Part shown: piece after piece, positions 17,033-25,564 of the stretch
How positions within the stretch are numbered: position 1 is the stretch's first letter
Layout: each line of letters begins with the position of its first letter
Source: Candidatus Omnitrophota bacterium
GTDB taxonomy: Bacteria; Ratteibacteria; UBA8468; MWAK01
Reading direction: 5' to 3'
Assembly: GCA_043826355.1 (NCBI GenBank)
Contig: JBDRQI010000007.1
Span: 1 to 47,462 of the forward strand
Length of the DNA: 47,462 nucleotides
Translations under genes and position numbers: made by a program
The notes under the pieces: model-generated
The model's database searches: none
What the model was told of the DNA's origin: nothing
The model's input: the letters and a program-made list of their open reading frames with translations, nothing else

Positions 17033-17870
17033 ATTTATTCAAGATGAAATCAAGCGCCCGGGAGGTCTGGTAAATAAGCGCCTGGTCATTTTCCTTATAA
17101 AGCGGCATCATTTCTGCGGTAAGGTATCCGTCGTAACCGACTTCTTTAAGCGCGGCGATGACTTCTTTCCAATTGACGTCGCCTTCCAGGAGGTCCACGA
17201 ATCCGTTGGCATTTCCGACGGAACTGCGAAAATCCTTCAGGTGAACCTTTTTGATTCTCTTGCCCAGAATCCGAATCCACTGTTCCGGATAGCCCGTTAG
17301 AATTACATTTCCCACGTCAAAATAGGCGCCCACAAAAGGGCTGCCCACTTTGTCGATGAAGTCCCGCATCTCCAGGGGGGAAAGCAGGAATTTATTCCAG
17401 ACATTCTCCACTCCGATGTTCACCCGGTATTTCTCGGCTGCCGGCGCCAATTCCTTCAGAGCCGAGAACGCCCGTTCATAAGCCAAGTCGTAGGAAATCA
17501 CTTCGCCGCCGGGTTGGAAAAAGACGTCCACCGCGCCCGGCACGACCAATATGGTGTCTACACCCAGATAGGAAGCAAATTTAAGCATCTTCCTGACAAT
17601 CTGCTTCGCTTTCTCCCTTGTTTCCGAACTGCTTGAAGTCAAGGAATAATCCCAGAAAAGACCGGATGCCAGACTGCTCAATTCAAGTCCGGCTTCGTTC
17701 GCCTCCTTACCAACCTGAATCAAATCATCTTTGCCGGAATCAAGGGTAATCTCCTTTCCGGACGGCAGGGCAACCTCAATCGCTTCAAAACCGGCCTTTT
17801 TGGCCAGAACAAAACACTCTTTCAGGCTTAAGTTCGGCGGAAACGACCAGTAACTGATGCTCTTTTTCAT
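17022..17870 (-). CDS. Sugar phosphate isomerase/epimerase (xylose isomerase-like TIM barrel)
   Basis: IGVENVWNKFL, YFDVGN, VHLKD, LLEGDVNW, TAE metal ligands. Confidence 0.9.
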   Translation of the reverse strand: MKKSISYWSFPPNLSLKECFVLAKKAGFEAIEVALPSGKEITLDSGKDDLIQVGKEANEAGLELSSLASGLFWDYSLTSSSSETREKAKQIVRKMLKFASYLGVDTILVVPGAVDVFFQPGGEVISYDLAYERAFSALKELAPAAEKYRVNIGVENVWNKFLLSPLEMRDFIDKVGSPFVGAYFDVGNVILTGYPEQWIRILGKRIKKVHLKDFRSSVGNANGFVDLLEGDVNWKEVIAALKEVGYDGYLTAEMMPLYKENDQALIYQTSRALDFILNKYGE

Positions 17871-17876
17871 GAAAAT

Positions 17877-17912
17877 CCCCCCTCCCTCTCCCCTCCCGCC
17901 AGGGGAGGGGAA
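17877..17912. repeat. CCCCTCCC..GGGAGGGG palindromic repeat that supplies the SD of the epimerase gene
   Basis: TCCCCTCCC-GCCAG-GGGAGGGGA; the minus strand reads GGGAGGGGGG-ATTTTC-ATG. Confidence 0.7.
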
Positions 17913-17920
17913 CTGTCGTT

Positions 17921-18928
17921 TTATAAATTAATTATTTTACCGGACGCGGCGGACTGATACTCTTTTAAGACAAGCGCCAGGGAATCCCGCGCCGCCTCCG
18001 GTGTCACGATAGTCGGCCGCTTCCCTTTTTCCACGCAATCCACAAAATACTTTGTTTCGTTATAATAACCGCCCAGCGAGGATACATTGCCGCCCCCTTC
18101 CGCCTGAATGGCATCACCGGCTAATTTCGGAAATTCCGATTTTCCTTCGGTGTAAACGGCAAAAGGGTTGGCGGCAAAACTGTTATATTCAACCGTTCCT
18201 TTTTCAAAATTGGCCGTAAAAGCCATCCGAAAAGGAAAGGTGTCCACAAAGTCCCAGCCGCCTTCTGCAGTTACGATAAAATCCGGATAGTTAAAAGAAG
18301 TCAGGATATGGCAGTAACCTCCGTCTATTTTGCGGCCGCAGGAGTAAAGACCCTTCGGTTTTCCGCAAAGATAAAGCAGGTAGTCGGTGTCGTGAATGTG
18401 CAGGTCTACCAGCGCGCTTCCGCTCTTCCGCGCGTCGCCCAGCCAATTTTCCCAACCCCAGGTCGGCGTGGGTGAAAGCCGGGTTAGGTGAAGTGAAACC
18501 AGGCCGCCTAATTCTTTCCGGTCATAAATTTCTTTTAATCGCGTATATTCCGGCCAGAAACGGATTACCTGCGCCACCATAAAAATGACTTTGTGTTTAT
18601 CGGCGGCTTCAACCATCCGGTCGGCGTCTTGAACCTTCAGGGCGATCGGTTTTTCGCAAATAACGCTCTTCCCGGCTGCAGCGGCTTTAATCACCCACTC
18701 CGGGTGAAGATAGGTCGGTAGACAAATATCAACCATGTCCACCTCCGGATTTTTCAGGAGTTCTTCGGCGTTATCGTAAAATTTCGCGTTGCTCTTTTTC
18801 TTAACCTCAGCCGCTTTTTCCTTCCGAATGTCGGCGATTCCGACCAGTTTTGCGCCAGGCATCAAACTGTAGCACTGACTGTGCATTGCGCCCATAAAAC
18901 CGGCCCCGATTACTCCCACCTTAACCAT
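17921..18928 (-). CDS. Gfo/Idh/MocA family oxidoreductase
   Basis: MVKVGVIGAGFMG with GGAGG SD, CEKP, DLHIHDTD. Confidence 0.92.
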   Translation of the reverse strand: MVKVGVIGAGFMGAMHSQCYSLMPGAKLVGIADIRKEKAAEVKKKSNAKFYDNAEELLKNPEVDMVDICLPTYLHPEWVIKAAAAGKSVICEKPIALKVQDADRMVEAADKHKVIFMVAQVIRFWPEYTRLKEIYDRKELGGLVSLHLTRLSPTPTWGWENWLGDARKSGSALVDLHIHDTDYLLYLCGKPKGLYSCGRKIDGGYCHILTSFNYPDFIVTAEGGWDFVDTFPFRMAFTANFEKGTVEYNSFAANPFAVYTEGKSEFPKLAGDAIQAEGGGNVSSLGGYYNETKYFVDCVEKGKRPTIVTPEAARDSLALVLKEYQSAASGKIINL

Positions 18929-18973
18929 ACGAATCCTCCGTAAAAACTCACGTCCAATACCTATTATTAACAA

Positions 18974-19103
18974 GTGCACAAAGTACCTTACACCAATTGT
19001 CACTCCTGCGGATAGTCAGCAGGAGCCCAGTCTTTACGATACTGGATTCCCTCTTACTATCCGAGGGAATGACAACGAAGGAGGTGTCAAGTATAAACTG
19101 CAC
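18974..19103. repeat. Nested inverted repeat with a TGTCA..TGACA REP doublet core (18997-19075)
   Basis: TTGTCACTCCTGC..GCAGGAGCCCAGT / ACTGGATTCCCTC..GAGGGAATGACAA, flanked by GTGCA..TACACC and GGTGTCAAG..TGCAC. Confidence 0.7.
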
Positions 19104-19106
19104 CCC

Positions 19107-20717
19107 TTAATATGTTGTTTCTTTATGTTTTAAGCAGGCGGAAATAAACGCCGTCAGGAGCGGATGAGGCGATGATAAACGGGATTGAAACTCCGGGTGA
19201 AACTGGGTGGCAACGAAAAACGGGTGGTCTTTCAACTCCACTATTTCCACCAGCCGGCGGTCCGGCGAAAGTCCGGCAGTCAACAGCCCCTTCTTCCTGA
19301 TTTCCGGCAAGAATTCCGGATTGACTTCAAACCGGTGCCGGTGCCTTTCGTTAATGCGGCTCTTGCCGTAGACACGACGGCTGATGCTTTTAGCGGCCAA
19401 AACGCAGGGATAACCGCCCAACCGCATCGTACCGCCCAGGTTTTTTACATCTTTCTGGGAAGGCAGAACAGCGATAACCGGGTGCGCGGTCTGCGGATTA
19501 AATTCCGTGCTGTGAGCGTCTTTCCAACCACAAACGTTCCGGGCAAATTCCACAACCGCGACCTGAAGCCCCAAACAGATTCCAAAACAGGGAATCCGGT
19601 TCTCCCGGGCATACCGGAAAGCGTAAATCATTCCCTCCACCCCGCGCACGCCAAAACCGCCGGGTACCAGAATACCGGCAACCCCCTTCAAATATTTTAC
19701 CTGGTCCTCTTCCCTTTCCAACGACTCCGAATCCACCTTCCGGATTTTAACGCAAACCCGGCTGGGCAGACCGGCGTGATACAGGGCTTCATCCAAAGAC
19801 TTGTAGGAATCCTGGAGCCGCACGTACTTTCCCACCATCGCAATCTCTACCTCTGCTTTCGATTGCTGCATAATATTAACCATCTTCTCCCACTTTGCCA
19901 GCCGGGAGGGCCTGGGTCTCAGGCGTAGCCTCTTTAGAATGACCGTATCCAACCGCTCCCGATGGAAAACAAGCGGGATACTGTAAATACAACTGGTGTC
20001 CAGTGCTTCCACCACCGCTTCCGAAGAAACATTACAATACAGGCTGATCTTTTCGCGGGCTTCCGCGGAGATCGGCCTTTCGGTTCGGCAGATAATTATA
20101 TCCGGCTGGATGCCGATTTCGCGCAGGCGCTCTACCGAATGCTGGGTAGGTTTGGTCTTCAGTTCTGCGGCCGCGTGAATATAAGGCACATAGGTAAGAT
20201 GGATGCAACAGGTATCCTCCGGGTTAACGTCCCGGCGAAACTGCCGAATCGCTTCCAGAAAAGGCAGGCTCTCAATATCTCCTACGGTGCCGCCAATCTC
20301 CGTTATCACAATCTCTGCCTTCCCCTGACGCGCCCTTTTTATCCGGCGCTTAATTTCATCGGTGATGTGCGGCACCACCTGGATGGTCCGACCCAGAAAA
20401 TCGCCCCGGCGTTCTTTTTCAATGATATCGTGATAAACCTGACCGGCGGTCGTATTATTAACACGGCCCAGGGTCAGGGTGGTAAAACGTTCGTAGTGCC
20501 CCAAGTCAAGGTCTGTCTCCGCGCCATCTCTGGTAACAAAGACCTCCCCGTGCTGGTAGGGGGTAAGCGTGCCCGGGTCAACGTTAAGGTAGGGGTCGAA
20601 TTTCTGCAGCGTAATCCGGTAGCCGCGCGCCTCAAGCAACGTGCCGATGGAAGCGGAAGCCACGCCCTTACCCAGAGAAGAAAGCACCCCGCCGGTTACA
20701 AAAATATATTTGACCAT
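19107..20717 (-). CDS. pyrG: CTP synthase
   Basis: KYIFVTGGVLSSLGKG, KTKPTQHSV, GICLG, ERHRHRFE, QFHPE. Confidence 0.98.
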   Translation of the reverse strand: MVKYIFVTGGVLSSLGKGVASASIGTLLEARGYRITLQKFDPYLNVDPGTLTPYQHGEVFVTRDGAETDLDLGHYERFTTLTLGRVNNTTAGQVYHDIIEKERRGDFLGRTIQVVPHITDEIKRRIKRARQGKAEIVITEIGGTVGDIESLPFLEAIRQFRRDVNPEDTCCIHLTYVPYIHAAAELKTKPTQHSVERLREIGIQPDIIICRTERPISAEAREKISLYCNVSSEAVVEALDTSCIYSIPLVFHRERLDTVILKRLRLRPRPSRLAKWEKMVNIMQQSKAEVEIAMVGKYVRLQDSYKSLDEALYHAGLPSRVCVKIRKVDSESLEREEDQVKYLKGVAGILVPGGFGVRGVEGMIYAFRYARENRIPCFGICLGLQVAVVEFARNVCGWKDAHSTEFNPQTAHPVIAVLPSQKDVKNLGGTMRLGGYPCVLAAKSISRRVYGKSRINERHRHRFEVNPEFLPEIRKKGLLTAGLSPDRRLVEIVELKDHPFFVATQFHPEFQSRLSSPHPLLTAFISACLKHKETTY

Positions 20718-20727
20718 TTTCCTCCGC

Positions 20728-21273
20728 CTAATTTACAAAAAGTATTTTTATGCCGATGCCGATTATGACAATACCGCCGGCAACCTCAATTTTGCCGGGA
20801 AACAAACGACCGAATTTATGGCCGGCGAAAACCCCGAAAAATGAAAGCAGAAAGGTTACCGTCCCGATGATAATAGCCGGCAGGGCAACCGCAATCCTTA
20901 AAAATGAAAGACTTAAACCCACCGCCATGGCATCAATGCTGGTGGCGAGCGCCAATCCCAGCAAAACCATCGTATTTACACCCGGTTTTTCCTTATCTAT
21001 TTTGAAAGATTCGTAAATCATTTTACACCCAACCAGGAACAAAAGTCCAAAAGCAATCCAATGGTCAACTCCGGAGATGAAATTCCTCAAAGTCAATCCG
21101 GAAAACCAGCCGACCACCGGCATCACCAACTGGAAGACCCCGAAGAAAAAAGCCATTTTGAGGGCATCGCTGAAATTAAAATATTGCATGACGGCGCCGG
21201 CGGCGATTGAAACCGCAAACGTATCCAGTGAAAGTCCGACTGCAATCAAAAAGATTGTCAATAAATCCATCAA
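20728..21273 (-). CDS. mntP: Manganese efflux pump MntP family
   Basis: AVGLSLDTFAVS, DHWIAF, LALATSIDAMAVG; six TM helices. Confidence 0.9.
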   Translation of the reverse strand: MMDLLTIFLIAVGLSLDTFAVSIAAGAVMQYFNFSDALKMAFFFGVFQLVMPVVGWFSGLTLRNFISGVDHWIAFGLLFLVGCKMIYESFKIDKEKPGVNTMVLLGLALATSIDAMAVGLSLSFLRIAVALPAIIIGTVTFLLSFFGVFAGHKFGRLFPGKIEVAGGIVIIGIGIKILFVN

Positions 21274-21283
21274 GAAGATTAAA

Positions 21284-21482
21284 TTGGACGCAGATTACCG
21301 CTGATAATCGCAGGCACAGATTAAAGATTAGATAATGCCATGATCAACCGCAAAAAACTTACCACGGAGACACTGAAAAGTGCGGAGATACTGAAAAAAA
21401 CTTTAGTTTAAAGTACTTCTTTACCGTGCTTCCGTGGTATTCTTTTAGCATTATCCGGTAGTTTCGACGTATATCTACATCC
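21284..21482 (-). repeat. Nested inverted-repeat element, copy A
   Basis: Homologous to 43099-43248; outer arms GGATGTAGAT/ATCTGCGTCC, inner arms TACCACGGA/TCCGTGGTA. Confidence 0.8.
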
Positions 21483-22207
21483 TAAAAGTTTGCGTTTAAC
21501 CGCTCCAAATCCTCCGGCGTATCTACGCACTGACTATCAAAAGGGGTAATAACCACCCGGATTTTAGCGCCGTTTTCCTGCGCGCGCAGCTGTTCCAATT
21601 GTTCAATCTCTTCCAGGACGCCGGTTGGCCAGGAAGCAAATTTCAACAAAAAATCCCGCCGGAACCCGTAAATACCCAGGTGTTTGTAGGCAGCGGTTTT
21701 CGGCAGCCGTCCCTGCTTGTCGCGTTCCCAGGGAATTGAGGCCCGGGTGAAGTAAAGCGCATCGCCAAACCGGTCTATCACCACCTTGACCGCGTTGGTA
21801 TCCACCCACTCCGCTTCGCTCAACACCGGCGTGGCTGCGGTTGTCATCAGAACCCCCGACGCTTGAAAAGGTTCCGTCACGCCGGCGATAACTTCCGGCG
21901 CGATAAACGGCTCGTCCGCCTGGATATTGACGAATATATCGGCTTCAATCTCCCGGGCAAGATAAGCCGCCCGGTCGGAACCGGTATGAAACTCTCCAAC
22001 CACCATACGAGCCAAACCGCCGAAATCCTGCACCGTCTTTAATACCCGCTCGTCGTCGGTCGCCACAATAATCTCGTCCAGAACTTTCGCCTTTTGCGCC
22101 TGGCAATAAACATGCTCAATCAGGGGCTTGCCTTTCAAAATCGCCAGCACTTTTCCGGGAAAACGGCTGGACTGGTAACGCGCCGGTATCACGCCTATTA
22201 TCTTCAT
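21482..22207 (-). CDS. kdsB: 3-deoxy-manno-octulosonate cytidylyltransferase
   Basis: MKIIGVIPARYQSSRFPGK, NIQADEP, HLGIYGF, LEQLRA, VDTPEDL. True start is 22207. Confidence 0.95.
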   Translation of the reverse strand: MKIIGVIPARYQSSRFPGKVLAILKGKPLIEHVYCQAQKAKVLDEIIVATDDERVLKTVQDFGGLARMVVGEFHTGSDRAAYLAREIEADIFVNIQADEPFIAPEVIAGVTEPFQASGVLMTTAATPVLSEAEWVDTNAVKVVIDRFGDALYFTRASIPWERDKQGRLPKTAAYKHLGIYGFRRDFLLKFASWPTGVLEEIEQLEQLRAQENGAKIRVVITPFDSQCVDTPEDLERLNANF

Positions 22208-22221
22208 AATTTTAATCCCTC

Positions 22222-22305
22222 TGTCACCGCGAGCGCTGTCCGGCGTGGCGATCTCGTGGTAAAGATGGGATTGCCGCGTCCGCCTCTGGCGGACTCGCAA
22301 CGACA
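22222..22305. repeat. TGTC..GACA-ended inverted REP doublet translated as the aroK C-terminus
   Basis: Minus strand TGTCGTTGCGAGTCCGCCAGAGGCGGAC..GAGATCGCCACGCCGGACAGCGCTCGCGGTGACA. Confidence 0.8.
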
Positions 22306-22832
22306 TCATTTATTCGCGTGATAATCTCCTGTGCTACAACACCCGGAGTTTTATTGTCCGTATCCACGCAGATATCCGCTTTTCGGTAAAGAGGCATTCG
22401 TCTCGATAAGAGATTTTTAATTGTTTTTTCTTTCGGGAGGGGATACAACCCCTCCCCTACATTTTTAGAAGTATTTAGCAGCGGACGGCTGGCGTCCCCG
22501 GCAACCCGTTTTCTGACCCAATCCGGGGAAACCATTAAAAAGATGACGGTGCCGTTCTTCTTAAGATTCCTCCGGTTTCCCGGGTCAAGGATTGCCCCGC
22601 CGCCAACAGCTATTACCACGCCGTCCTTCCGGGCAACCGCTGCAACCACTTTTTTTTCCAGAGAGCGAAAAAACGGTTCGCCCTGCAAGTGAAAAATTTC
22701 CTTAATCGACCGGCCGGCTTTCTCTTCAATAAGATGGTCGGTGTCAATGAACTTTAGATTTAGCTGCCGGGCGAGAATCTTTCCCGTTACACTCTTGCCG
22801 GCTCCCATAAATCCGGTCAGGATAATCTTCAT
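22224..22832 (-). CDS. aroK: Shikimate kinase
   Basis: LTGFMGAGKS Walker A, DTD, GEPFFR, GGGA, RPLL, R..LY. Confidence 0.93.
   Translation of the reverse strand: MKIILTGFMGAGKSVTGKILARQLNLKFIDTDHLIEEKAGRSIKEIFHLQGEPFFRSLEKKVVAAVARKDGVVIAVGGGAILDPGNRRNLKKNGTVIFLMVSPDWVRKRVAGDASRPLLNTSKNVGEGLYPLPKEKTIKNLLSRRMPLYRKADICVDTDNKTPGVVAQEIITRINDVVASPPEADAAIPSLPRDRHAGQRSR
22434..22463 (-). repeat. GTAG REP inserted in frame in aroK
   Basis: 26 of 30 nt identical to the intergenic REP at 9658-9687. Confidence 0.8.
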
Positions 22833-23956
22833 AAGCGAGATTTTATCTCTTCAATACTATCGCCGCCGAACTTTTCCAGAAAAACATCAGCCAGCGTGAA
22901 AGCAACCATCGCTTCCCCCACAATTCCGGCGGCCGGCACCGCACAGACATCGGAACGTTCTTTAATAGCCGTATCCGGTTTACGACTTATTATGTCAACG
23001 GTTGTCAACGGCTGGCCCAGGGTGGAAATCGGCTTCATCGCCGCCCGAATAATCAGCGATTGACCATTGGTGATGCCGGCCTCCAGTCCGCCGGCCCGGT
23101 TTGTCTTCCGGTAAAAACCTTCCGGTCCGTAAAAAATTTCATCGTGCGCTTTGGAGCCAAAAAGAGACGCCAGCCGGAAGCCTTCGCCGATTTCAACGCC
23201 TTTTACGCCGGGTATACTCATCAGCGCCTGCGCCAAAAGCCCGTCCAACCGAAGATCCCACTGCGTATAAGTGCCCAGTCCAACCGGTAATCCGACGGCT
23301 TTCACTTCAAAGATTCCGCCCAGCGTATCTCCGTTCTCTCTCGCCTGATTGATTAAATCAACCATCTTTGCTTCCGCGGCAACCGAAAGAGAGCGCAAAC
23401 GGGAATTTTCAATAACTTCGTAATCTTTCGGCGGATGAAACTCGGAATGGTCACGGACCGCGCCAATCTGCACTACCCGGCTGTAAATACCTATTCCGAA
23501 AGTAAGGAGCAGTTTTTTTACTATTGCGGCCGCAGCCACCCGGGCAGCGGTCTCCCGGGCGCTGGCGCGCTCGATGACATTTCGGATGTCCCGGAAACCA
23601 AACTTAAGCGTCCCGGAAAGGTCAGCGTGCCCGGGCCGGGGGGTGGTGACCGGTTTGGCTTTCGGGCCGCCCGGCTCCGCAGCCATTACCTCTTTCCAAT
23701 TCTCCCAGTCCCGGTTGCGGACCAGAAGACCGACCGGCGTACCGAGGGTAAGACCATTTCTCAAGCCGGAAATAACTTCCACACTATCCTTCTCAATCGC
23801 CATCCGGCCGCCCCGGCCAAAACCCTGCTGCCGCCGGGCCAGGTCCCGGTCAATTTCCGCCTTCATAAGGGGAAGGCCGGCCGGAACCCCTTCCAGGATA
23901 ACCGTTAAAGCCGGTCCGTGGCTCTCACCGGCAGTCAGAAACCTGAGTTTTCTCAT
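22829..23956 (-). CDS. aroC: Chorismate synthase
   Basis: TAGESHG, RPGHAD, ERASARETA, AMKPIST, ERSDVCAVP. Confidence 0.97.
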   Translation of the reverse strand: MRKLRFLTAGESHGPALTVILEGVPAGLPLMKAEIDRDLARRQQGFGRGGRMAIEKDSVEVISGLRNGLTLGTPVGLLVRNRDWENWKEVMAAEPGGPKAKPVTTPRPGHADLSGTLKFGFRDIRNVIERASARETAARVAAAAIVKKLLLTFGIGIYSRVVQIGAVRDHSEFHPPKDYEVIENSRLRSLSVAAEAKMVDLINQARENGDTLGGIFEVKAVGLPVGLGTYTQWDLRLDGLLAQALMSIPGVKGVEIGEGFRLASLFGSKAHDEIFYGPEGFYRKTNRAGGLEAGITNGQSLIIRAAMKPISTLGQPLTTVDIISRKPDTAIKERSDVCAVPAAGIVGEAMVAFTLADVFLEKFGGDSIEEIKSRL

Positions 23957-24054
23957 ACATGCCCCCTCTCTGATAGCACCATATTGTCAAAAAATAATCA
24001 CAAAAACCCCGCCACGGAAACATTGAAAAAGATTTAATTCATATTCTAAGTTCA

Positions 24055-25545
24055 TTATTCCGTGTCCCCGTTCTTCCGCGTTTCCTTGGTATTCTTTGCG
24101 ACAACGGAAAACTGAACTTCGGTTGTAACAACCCCCTGGAACGAACCGGTATCCCAGGAAATAGTTGCGCGGTAAAGAGCGCCTGCACCGGGAATGTCGG
24201 TTTTAGACGGTACCTGCCAGGTAAACTGATAACGGTCCGGCGGTTTTAATACCATATTTCCTTCGGCAACAACCTTGCCGTCCTGGTCTTTGATTATCAG
24301 ACGCGGTCTCTGTTCTTCAAATACAATTTTATTTAATTCTTTGGGGGGCGGCTGGGTTTGCCGAGACACATCGCCCAGCGCAAAAAAGGTATAAGTCTCC
24401 TTTGCCTGGCCGATGAGATGCATTGAGAAGACGACGTTCTCCCCGGGACGATACTCTTCCTTATCCGTCACCAGCTTCTGCTCAAAAGGAAAACCAACCC
24501 GGAATTGAGAAGGGAAAGAGGTGAGAACTGCAGCTGGTAAAAGAGGGTTGCCGACAAACCTCGCTTTCCACGGCCGGTTGTAAGAATCGTAAAGCGTTAA
24601 TTCGCCGTTCCTGATGAACGCTTCGCTGCTTCCTCCCCGGCGAAATGCAGCCGGACCCGGAGAACAGATAACCTGAAAACTGCCGTTGCGAAACACAGAT
24701 TCTAATTCCCTGGATTGAGATATGGCCTTATTATCACGTTCCGTTACGTATGTTATCGCCACAATTCCGGACGGCGGCTTTCCGGTCAGAGGTTGGTAAA
24801 TATCCATATACTCCCCGGAAGCCGGAACCTCAAGCGTATAAACATTTCCGTCAAAACCCAGCGTCTTCGCCAGCAGAATTTTTTCCGGACTGCCCGGGCT
24901 GACGTCAAACTCGCCGTCCCGGTTCAAATCAACCAGCAAAATATCTTTGGCGAAATCATTAACGGTTCCGTTCGGAGGGTTGGCGTCGTAAATGGCCACT
25001 TTCAGGTCTTTCTCCGGAGGCAAAAAAACGACCGTGCCGACCCGGTAACCAAGACTAACAAAACTAAAGGCTTTATTTTCCAGGTCGCAGGTAAGGGCTA
25101 AACGGTATTCCTGCCAGTCCTGAAAAAAGTCATCCGGATAGTTCAACCGCACCAAAATCGGCGGAAAGGAAAATAGGGTTTTGCGGAAAAGGCCTTTTGC
25201 CGCGGGCTGACTGCTGGCCAAAGGCTGGTTGTTACTCAAATATCCGTCCTGGTCAGAATCAAAATAGAGGGTATTTCCGTCAATGCTGAATATAAACCTG
25301 TTGCGGGAATTTTTCCCTAAAGCAATGACGCCGTAGAGCGGCGCAGAACGGTACTGGGGTTCGCCCTTAAGTACTGCGGCCGGAGAATCGGTAAGTTCTC
25401 CGGCAACTCCTTTGTCCGCCATGGGCAAAAGATTTTCCGGCAGGGGCGCAAAGGTAAGCATAACCGTCTGGGTAGGAAGGGAGGCGCCGCCCAAAAGAAT
25501 AACCGCCGGAACCAGAAATAAGAATAGTAAGATTCTCCGCTTCAT
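24055..25545 (-). CDS. Secreted hypothetical protein
   Basis: Signal peptide MKRRILLFLFLV..; DSDQDG and DLNRDG Ca-binding-like loops; TDKEEYRPGE motif. Confidence 0.75.
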   Translation of the reverse strand: MKRRILLFLFLVPAVILLGGASLPTQTVMLTFAPLPENLLPMADKGVAGELTDSPAAVLKGEPQYRSAPLYGVIALGKNSRNRFIFSIDGNTLYFDSDQDGYLSNNQPLASSQPAAKGLFRKTLFSFPPILVRLNYPDDFFQDWQEYRLALTCDLENKAFSFVSLGYRVGTVVFLPPEKDLKVAIYDANPPNGTVNDFAKDILLVDLNRDGEFDVSPGSPEKILLAKTLGFDGNVYTLEVPASGEYMDIYQPLTGKPPSGIVAITYVTERDNKAISQSRELESVFRNGSFQVICSPGPAAFRRGGSSEAFIRNGELTLYDSYNRPWKARFVGNPLLPAAVLTSFPSQFRVGFPFEQKLVTDKEEYRPGENVVFSMHLIGQAKETYTFFALGDVSRQTQPPPKELNKIVFEEQRPRLIIKDQDGKVVAEGNMVLKPPDRYQFTWQVPSKTDIPGAGALYRATISWDTGSFQGVVTTEVQFSVVAKNTKETRKNGDTE

Positions 25546-25564
25546 AATTCAGAAATGGTTCTTC

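Noticed and set aside
21274..21481. yybP-ykoY Mn riboswitch upstream of mntP
   Set aside because: The region is explained by homology to the element at 43099-43248, which precedes clpP.
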